From IMG/VR virus record IMGVR_UViG_3300033067_002502, positions 106,417 to 170,416 of that record: a stretch of DNA of 64,000 nt. One strand, 5' to 3'. Each line of letters starts with the position of its first letter. Position 1 is the stretch's first letter. The position numbers and the translations under genes are program-made. The notes beneath the pieces were generated by a model that was not told the origin of the DNA, made no database searches, and worked only from the letters and a program-made list of their open reading frames with translations. The DNA comes from a virus (Duplodnaviria; Caudoviricetes). Of the stretch, positions 56,600-63,332 are shown piece by piece.

Positions 56600-57420
56600 A
56601 AAGGGTTGGAGGTAAAATAAAGATTAGGAAATGGATAAAAAGTTTATTTCCTATTCATAGTCTTTATTGCGAACCTTTTGGAGGTAGTTTTGCTGTTGGG
56701 TTTCTTATGCCAAAACAAGATGCAAAATATAGGCTTGTTTATAATGATTTAGATGGAAATGTTTGGAATCTTTTCAAGGTTCTTAGAGATCATGAAAAAG
56801 AATTTATAAGAATGGTATCTCTCACTCCATATAGTAGAAGAGAATTTGATGAAGCAAATGATTACATAGATAATAAAAAATTTCTTTTGAAAGATGAACC
56901 AGTTGAGTGGGCTAGAAATTATTTAGTATATAACAGACAATGCATGTTTGGTAAAGAAGATGGATCTTGGTGCGTCTCTAGGGTTGGAGAGAATATCTGC
57001 CTTACTTGGGCTAATTTGCCGAGTCTAATTAAAGATAATATCAAATTTCTTCGTAATGTGTATATAGAAAATTTGGATTATAAAAAATGTATTGAAAAAT
57101 GGGACTGTCCTGAAGCCTTGTTTTATTTAGATCCTCCGTATGAAGGGGTTGAGAAAGACTTTTATAAGGTCAATAAAAAAGAAGGCTTTGATCATGTTGA
57201 TTTTTCTAAATTTGTAAAAACAGTAAAAGGAAGCTGTGCAATCTCTTATTATGATTCCGAATTTGTCCGAAATCTATATCAAGAAAAAGATGGATTTACT
57301 ATTTATGAAAAATCTGTCGTAAAAAGCATGCAGACTAAAAAAGAAAAAGATACAGTAACGGAATTGTTAATAGTCAAAGAAAGCAATTGGGCCAAGAGTG
57401 TAGAAAAATCTATATTTTAG
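56581..57420 (+). CDS. Dam-like DNA adenine methyltransferase (D12, alpha class)
   Basis: GGK, YCEPFGGS, VYNDLD, IENLDY, FYLDPPY, TELLI. Confidence 0.9.
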   Translation: MADTIVKRVGGKIKIRKWIKSLFPIHSLYCEPFGGSFAVGFLMPKQDAKYRLVYNDLDGNVWNLFKVLRDHEKEFIRMVSLTPYSRREFDEANDYIDNKKFLLKDEPVEWARNYLVYNRQCMFGKEDGSWCVSRVGENICLTWANLPSLIKDNIKFLRNVYIENLDYKKCIEKWDCPEALFYLDPPYEGVEKDFYKVNKKEGFDHVDFSKFVKTVKGSCAISYYDSEFVRNLYQEKDGFTIYEKSVVKSMQTKKEKDTVTELLIVKESNWAKSVEKSIF

Positions 57421-57427
57421 GAATAAT

Positions 57428-58414
57428 ATGTCAGAAATAAAACAAGAAATAATTGATGCAGTAAAAGATAAAAGTTTGCTTTCAAAAGTTCAAGAAGAAC
57501 TTAATCAAATGGAGGCTACTGACGGTTTAGATGATAAGCCTATTCTAAATAAGTTTCATGGTCTTTGGAAGAACTCAAAAGGAAACATAGGTCATCGTAA
57601 TGACATTAATTCATGGACAGCATATGCGATAGGCATGACAGATAAAAAGCCAGAAGAAGGCTCTTCTTTTTTGCAAAAAAGACGGGCTTTTGCTCGTAAG
57701 GGCTTTCCTGATATTGATTCTGATTTTGACTACGAACATCGTGATAAAATTTACGAATACATAATTGAAACATACGGAAGAGATCATGTAGGTAATATTG
57801 GAACTTATTCTGGTTTGAAGATGAAAAGTTTTATTCGTAGAGCGGTTAAGGCTACAGATCCAGAGCGAACATTTTTCAAGGGGTTTGATGAATGGAAAAC
57901 GTCAACAAATTTGCTTGGCGATGAAATATTAAAATCACTGCCTGATCAATACGGAGCTTTCTTAAAAGTAAAAGATAAAAATGGAGAAGAACATGAAATT
58001 AGAACCGTTGAAGATGCTAATAAGTGGTGCAAAAACTTTCGCTATTATATTGATAAGTATCCCGATTTGCTTACGCATTCTCGTAGTATTGAGGGACTTT
58101 TATCCACTTTTGGATGTTTGTCAGCCAATACTCCTATTCTTACTTCAGATGGCTGGATAAGAATAGATCAACTTAATAATCACAAAATAGCCTTTTTAGA
58201 TAAAAACAGTAATCTATCTTATTCTGATAAATATATTTGCAAATTTACAGGAATTAAAAAAACTTATAAACTTAGACTGAAGAATGGTAATTTTATTGAA
58301 GTTACTGATGAGCATTTAATTTTTACGAATAAAGGACTTAAAAAATTCAAAGAAATTAGAGAAAATCCAAAGGAATTTTTACTGTATTCATTGAATACAG
58401 ATCCTGCTGCATGA
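57428..58414 (+). CDS. dnaE: DNA polymerase III alpha, fragment 2 (catalytic PDID palm and thumb) ending in a split-intein N-part
   Basis: ~88-aa extra N-terminus, then GFPDIDSDF...YG.DHV..IGTY...IEGLLSTFG|CLSANTPI. Confidence 0.9.
   Translation: MSEIKQEIIDAVKDKSLLSKVQEELNQMEATDGLDDKPILNKFHGLWKNSKGNIGHRNDINSWTAYAIGMTDKKPEEGSSFLQKRRAFARKGFPDIDSDFDYEHRDKIYEYIIETYGRDHVGNIGTYSGLKMKSFIRRAVKATDPERTFFKGFDEWKTSTNLLGDEILKSLPDQYGAFLKVKDKNGEEHEIRTVEDANKWCKNFRYYIDKYPDLLTHSRSIEGLLSTFGCLSANTPILTSDGWIRIDQLNNHKIAFLDKNSNLSYSDKYICKFTGIKKTYKLRLKNGNFIEVTDEHLIFTNKGLKKFKEIRENPKEFLLYSLNTDPAA
58115..58411 (+). mobile_element. Split intein N-fragment (99 aa)
   Basis: Block A CLSANTPILTSDG and block B IEVTDEHLIFT; no block F/G before the stop. 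Confidence 0.92.
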
Positions 58415-59283
58415 AGTATGCTGTAGGAGACATTAAAATGGAAAAATGCAATATTTGTAACAAAGAATTTAGTAGTGAAATTGGATTAAAAAGACACGTA
58501 ACTATAATGTTTGGAAAAGACAGTACTCATTGTCCTTGGTTAGTATATTTATCAAAATACAAAAATATAGATAAATATAGTAAAAATTCTTTAGAAAAAA
58601 TGTATTTAATTGAAAAGAAAACAACTCCTCAGATTTCTCAAGAATTGAATGTTCAAAAATTAACATTATTAAGAACAATGAAATATTATGATATTAAATT
58701 AAGAAATCGCTCAGAGTCTACAAAGAATCAAATTACTAGAGACGGAGTATGGAATGCTGGAAAAACAAAATATAATAATAAATCTATTGCTAGATATTCT
58801 CGTTCTAGATTGGGCAAATTGAATCCATTTTATACTGCTCCTGGATATGAAGAAAGATATAAAAAACTAATGAATGTTGCCAAAAAGGGTATTGCAAAAT
58901 TTTGCGCAAATAGAAATCCAAAAACAACAGAAGATCGTTTATCTAAAATATTAAAAAATGTAAATATTAATTATGTAAGAAATTTTTCTATAAATTACAA
59001 CCAAACATGGAGATTGTTTGATTTTCTTATAGAAGGAAATCTTCTTGTAGAAATGCAGGGTAATTATTTTCACGCTAATCCTAAATTTTATAAATCAAAT
59101 GATATTGTTGTAATAGGTTCTGAAAAAAGATTGGTAAGAGAAATTTGGGAAAAAGATAAAGAGAAGGCTTCTCTTGCAATTAATAGCGGTTATTCTTTAT
59201 TAGTGATTTGGGAAGATGATTTTTGTGACATGACCGACGAAGAAGTATTGTTAAAAATAAAGGAAGAACTACATGATAATTGA
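58411..59283 (+). CDS. Free-standing homing endonuclease, Vsr/DUF559-like, with Zn-finger, HTH and NUMOD3-like DNA-binding modules
   Basis: CNICNKEF...LKRH; LEKMY...ISQELNV; WNAGKTK...KLNPFY; TTE...LFDFLI...LVEMQGNYFH...DKEK...GYSLLVIWE. Overlaps both dnaE fragments. Confidence 0.8.
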   Translation: MKYAVGDIKMEKCNICNKEFSSEIGLKRHVTIMFGKDSTHCPWLVYLSKYKNIDKYSKNSLEKMYLIEKKTTPQISQELNVQKLTLLRTMKYYDIKLRNRSESTKNQITRDGVWNAGKTKYNNKSIARYSRSRLGKLNPFYTAPGYEERYKKLMNVAKKGIAKFCANRNPKTTEDRLSKILKNVNINYVRNFSINYNQTWRLFDFLIEGNLLVEMQGNYFHANPKFYKSNDIVVIGSEKRLVREIWEKDKEKASLAINSGYSLLVIWEDDFCDMTDEEVLLKIKEELHDN

Positions 59284-59413
59284 TTTTGTTGAAATAGATT
59301 CTATAACTGAAATTAAAGAACAACCAGTTTATGATATATCTTTTGGAGATACAAAACTTGATTTTTTTCAAAAAGAGCCAAATTATTTTGCTAATAAGAT
59401 ATTAGTACATAAT
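59273..59413 (+). mobile_element. Split intein C-fragment (47 aa)
   Basis: MIIDFVEIDSI...PVYDIS...PNYFANKILVHN followed by Cys; blocks F and G only. Confidence 0.92.
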
Positions 59414-60697
59414 TGTCATGCTGCTGGAATTGTGATTTCTAGTGAACCTTTGTCAAAAATATCTCCTCTTAGACAAACTAAGATTGCATCAGAAGATGCA
59501 GATGGCACTCCTAAATATGCATTTGCTACTCAGTTTGAGTATAATGACTTAGAATTTATTGGTCTTATTAAGTTTGATATCTTGGCATTAAGTACTTTGT
59601 CTGTTATAAATAGGTGTTGTAAATTAATTAAAGATAATTATGATATAAATATAAATCTATGGGATCTTCCCCTTGATGATAAAAAAACATTTGATCTTTA
59701 TAAGAGTGGTAAATTGTCTGGAGTTTTCCAATGCGAAGAACCTGGAATGCAAAAAACAATGATAAACATGGGAGTTGACTCTCTTGATGATATTATGGCA
59801 GGAATTGCATTGTACCGTCCTGGTCCTATGGATTCTATTCCTACTTATTGTGGAAGAAAACACGGAGTAGAGCCAATTGACTATTTTCATTCTTCTCTTA
59901 AGAAATATATTGAACCTCATGTAAGAAAAACGTATGGTCTTTTGGTTTATCAAGAACAAGTTATGAATATATGTAACTCTGTTGCTAATTTTTCAATTCC
60001 AGAAGGTTATGTTGTTATCAAAGCAATCGGTAAGAAAGATCCAAAACTTTTAGCAAAATATAGAAGTAAATTTGTTTCTGGTGCTAAAGAAAACGGTATT
60101 GAAGATAAAGTATCTCAAGATTACTGGGATAGAGTTATTACTCCATTTGCTAGCTATGGATTTAATAAGGCACATGCTTGTTGTTATGCTTATAATTCTT
60201 ACATAACTGCTTATTTGAAAGCAAATTATCCAGAAGAATTTTTGACAGCCTATTTCAACGTTGAAGTCGGTAGGGCAAATTATGATAAAATTTATGTTCT
60301 AGAAAAGGTTGCTCATGAAATGAATATTGAGATTGTAAATAGAAACATAAATCATTGTAAAGTTTTGTATTCTATTGCAAAAAAAGCAGATCCAGCTAAC
60401 GGTATTCCAAAATCTCAAATTATTCCATCTCTTAAATGTAAAGGATTGAGTGATGGTGCTGCTACCGAGATTGTAAGTAAGCAACCTTTTTCTAGTCTTT
60501 TGGATTTTGCAGAAAAAACAAGCACTAAACTTGTTGATATAAAAGCTTTTGATGCTTTGTTGGATGCAGGTTTTTTTAGGCCAAAAGAGGGAAGAGGAAA
60601 GGGAAAGGAGTCTATTATGAAAGAATTTACTATTATTAGGGATGATTTAAAAAGAGCAAGAAAAAAAGGATTAGATACGGGTAATATATTTGAGTGA
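59273..60697 (+). CDS. dnaE: DNA polymerase III alpha, fragment 3 (split-intein C-part, palm end, fingers, HhH)
   Basis: IntC|CHAAGIVIS, GLIKFDILAL, GVFQCE, ALYRPGP, TYGLLVYQEQVM, YGFNKAHA, AYLKANYP.EF. Confidence 0.92.
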   Translation: MIIDFVEIDSITEIKEQPVYDISFGDTKLDFFQKEPNYFANKILVHNCHAAGIVISSEPLSKISPLRQTKIASEDADGTPKYAFATQFEYNDLEFIGLIKFDILALSTLSVINRCCKLIKDNYDININLWDLPLDDKKTFDLYKSGKLSGVFQCEEPGMQKTMINMGVDSLDDIMAGIALYRPGPMDSIPTYCGRKHGVEPIDYFHSSLKKYIEPHVRKTYGLLVYQEQVMNICNSVANFSIPEGYVVIKAIGKKDPKLLAKYRSKFVSGAKENGIEDKVSQDYWDRVITPFASYGFNKAHACCYAYNSYITAYLKANYPEEFLTAYFNVEVGRANYDKIYVLEKVAHEMNIEIVNRNINHCKVLYSIAKKADPANGIPKSQIIPSLKCKGLSDGAATEIVSKQPFSSLLDFAEKTSTKLVDIKAFDALLDAGFFRPKEGRGKGKESIMKEFTIIRDDLKRARKKGLDTGNIFE

Positions 60698-60735
60698 ATA
60701 ATTTGAAATAATATATTTTTTGGACGATTATGTTT

Positions 60736-60744
60736 TGATATAAT
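60736..60744 (+). promoter_or_regulatory. Extended -10 promoter (TGATATAAT)
   Basis: Perfect TGnTATAAT in the intergenic gap after dnaE, followed by an AAGGA SD and ATG 60764. Confidence 0.5.
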
Positions 60745-60763
60745 CATTTTAAAGGAAACAAAA

Positions 60764-61123
60764 ATGGCAACACCAAAGACTCCAGCAGTAGCACAAAGTA
60801 CACCTCAATCAACAGTAGAAATGCCAAAAGATCGTAAATCTGTTATTAGAAAGAGTATTACAAGAAAATACATTACAGCAAAATACGAAACAATGGATGT
60901 TACAGTAGATCATCAGCATGAAATAGAGTGGGATACTATAGAAAATCTAAGAAAAAAATGTAATAATTTAACTTTGCTTGTTACTAAGGATTTTGAAGAA
61001 ACAGTAGAAAAAGTAAAAGAAGAGTTAAGGGTTTTAAGTTTTGCTGCTGTTGTAAATACAGCAGAACCAGCCCGTAGAGGATTAACTATAGAAGAAAAGA
61101 AAGATTTTGATAAATTATCTTGA
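60764..61123 (+). CDS. Hypothetical protein (119 aa)
   Basis: AAGGA SD and promoter candidate upstream. Confidence 0.7.
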   Translation: MATPKTPAVAQSTPQSTVEMPKDRKSVIRKSITRKYITAKYETMDVTVDHQHEIEWDTIENLRKKCNNLTLLVTKDFEETVEKVKEELRVLSFAAVVNTAEPARRGLTIEEKKDFDKLS

Positions 61124-61140
61124 ATTTAAAGGAAGAAGAA

Positions 61141-62340
61141 ATGAGTTTGCCAATAAACGATCAGTTAGATGCTATTTTCGGTATTCCTAAAGATGGTTCG
61201 AATATAAAAGAAGAAGAAGATTCTGGTCAAGAAACTTCATATGCGGAAGTTATTGTTGCAGATGAAAAAGTTGATTTTGAAGTAAAAGCTAAAAAGATTT
61301 CTGATCAATTGGCAAAAGATGAGCCTCAAATAAGTATGATTACTGCTAAAAAAGAGGAGATATCTAATGTCAAAATCGAGCCAACCAGAGTCGAACCTGG
61401 GTCAACCAGAATCGAACAAAAAGGCAACAGCTTCGAAAAAATACTCACGGAGTCAATTCGACCTAAAAATACTATCAGCAAAGAGGTACAACCCGTGGTG
61501 CAGCAACAAGCCATTAATTATAAAGATACAGAATCGGAAGAAGAGGAAAAGGAGACTGTTCCGGTTAGCGATGCTGTAAGAAACACTCCTTCTGTTTCCC
61601 CTATTTTTGATCATAAAGCTGATGCAGATGGGTGGTTTTTGAATCCTCCATCTCCAATGTTTAATCATTTTTATTCAGAAAAATCAAATTTTATTCGCAT
61701 TATTACAAAAGGATGCAAGCCTCTTGATTTTAATAAATTAACATCAGAACTTATTTCTTCAACAGTAAGCACTAATGTTGAACTTTCAGATCTTCCTGGC
61801 ATGGCTGAAAAATTAACTCGTATTCAAGATTTCCTTGATAGAGTTGTTCAAATTAAAATACAAGCAACAAGTCAATGTGCTTCTTCAAAAAGAGGCGTTG
61901 AACTGCTTAGAGGCGTATTAGCTAAAGTAAGCTATGAAAAGCCTGCAGCCAGACAAGATGGAGTTATTTATGATCATATGAGAGATATAGAAATGTATGC
62001 TTCTAGTCTTGAATCTTTAGAACAAAACGCAAAAGATGTTTATCATAATTTATTAGAAGCTAAAGAAATACTAAGTCGTAAAATAAGCATTTCAATAGAA
62101 TTGGTAAAAGAACAAAATAAATTAGATATTTTAGAAAAAACATTTAATAATCTTCCTGAAAATGCAAAAACAGAGAGTCTGAAAAAGATTATTTCTACGC
62201 CAACAGAAACTCCTATAGTAAGTAGATTGGCTAATGAAGGTTATGATAGGCTTGAAGTTCAGGAAGCTGTTGTAAAATCTCAAATTACTACTGATAAAAA
62301 ATCTAATAAAAAATCTGGATCAATGTCGTGGTTAGACTAA
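61141..62340 (+). CDS. Hypothetical protein with acidic disordered N-terminus and coiled-coil C-domain (possible UvsY-like mediator)
   Basis: ATG 61141 preferred over TTG 61120; long amphipathic helices; lies directly before SSB and RecA. Confidence 0.6.
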   Translation: MSLPINDQLDAIFGIPKDGSNIKEEEDSGQETSYAEVIVADEKVDFEVKAKKISDQLAKDEPQISMITAKKEEISNVKIEPTRVEPGSTRIEQKGNSFEKILTESIRPKNTISKEVQPVVQQQAINYKDTESEEEEKETVPVSDAVRNTPSVSPIFDHKADADGWFLNPPSPMFNHFYSEKSNFIRIITKGCKPLDFNKLTSELISSTVSTNVELSDLPGMAEKLTRIQDFLDRVVQIKIQATSQCASSKRGVELLRGVLAKVSYEKPAARQDGVIYDHMRDIEMYASSLESLEQNAKDVYHNLLEAKEILSRKISISIELVKEQNKLDILEKTFNNLPENAKTESLKKIISTPTETPIVSRLANEGYDRLEVQEAVVKSQITTDKKSNKKSGSMSWLD

Positions 62341-62557
62341 TGAAATCTAAAGAAATAGACGATATAATAACTTACAAAAGGAGATTAAAAAACGACACAA
62401 TATAAAATAATAAAGGTATAGGATAGTTATAATAAATCAGAGTTCAGAGAATTGAGAAAAGTCTGAGTGTTTCAGATTATTCAGAGAAGACGTAAAATAA
62501 AAAAGACGAACTTAATAAAAACAGAGTTCCAGAGTTCTAGAGATTAGGAGATTTTAA

Positions 62558-63235
62558 ATGGGTACGATAATTGAGTGGGGCGAGGTTGATTCGGGAATGA
62601 AGAAGGGTGGAGGCGGCGGTAGTGGTGGAGCAGGCGGTCCTTTTGACAAGTTCTTAAAGCTTGTTCCTGGTAATACTTATACAGTAAGACCAGTAGGTAA
62701 TCCATGTGCATTTCATGCTTATTGGGTTGCTTCTCCAACAGATCCTAAACGCTTTAATAGAGCGATTACGGAAGATCCAAATAATTGCGTAATTAACCAA
62801 AAATACCAAATCGTACCTAAAACTAGGTACGCAGTCAATGTAATTGACAGAGCCGATGGTAAATTAAAAATAATGGAAGCTCCTCCTTCCGTTTTTGATA
62901 AAATCAAAGATTGGGCAAAAGCTTCTCGTCAAGATCCAGGAGCTAAGGGTGGAGCTGACTTCCAGATACAAATCGTTGTTCCTCCAAATGGAGATAAGAA
63001 ACGTAGCGAGTATAGAACTACTCCAATCGTTCAGACTCCTTTTACAGAAGAAGAAAAGGCAATGTTGACAGAAAAGGGTCTTTACGATTTAGAAGAGCAT
63101 TACAAAGCTATTCCTCAAAACGAAATTGAATCGAAGCTTTACGGAACAGTAGAAACTTCATCAAAAGCACCTGTTACGGCAGGAGCAGGGACAGCAGCAA
63201 AGGCTCGTCCAAGCAATAATGCTCTTGATTTTTGA
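62558..63235 (+). CDS. Single-stranded DNA-binding protein, T4 gp32-like
   Basis: FLKLVPG...VRPVG...YAVNVIDRADGKLKI...DP...GADFQI...EY; C-terminal LDF; strong AGGAG SD; adjacent to recA. Confidence 0.7.
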   Translation: MGTIIEWGEVDSGMKKGGGGGSGGAGGPFDKFLKLVPGNTYTVRPVGNPCAFHAYWVASPTDPKRFNRAITEDPNNCVINQKYQIVPKTRYAVNVIDRADGKLKIMEAPPSVFDKIKDWAKASRQDPGAKGGADFQIQIVVPPNGDKKRSEYRTTPIVQTPFTEEEKAMLTEKGLYDLEEHYKAIPQNEIESKLYGTVETSSKAPVTAGAGTAAKARPSNNALDF

Positions 63236-63267
63236 AAATAAGTAATAATTAAATAAGTAAATAAAAG

Positions 63268-63301
63268 GAAGGCCGTGGTAGTTTTATGTGCCACGGCTTT
63301 C
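63268..63301 (+). terminator. GC-rich hairpin, probable intrinsic terminator or processing site between ssb and recA
   Basis: GAAGGCCGTGGTA-(GTTTTATG)-TGCCACGGCTTTC, 13-bp stem with two G-U pairs, followed by an imperfect T-rich run. Confidence 0.6.
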
Positions 63302-63332
63302 TCGTTCTTACATTTTATGTAAAAGGGAAAAT

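Noticed and set aside
55905-57690. Group I intron or cryptic intein joining dnaE fragments 1 and 2
   Set aside because: No C/S-start block A or HN-ending block G, and the interval is fully occupied by ORFs with 5-7-nt spacers, leaving no visible ribozyme core.
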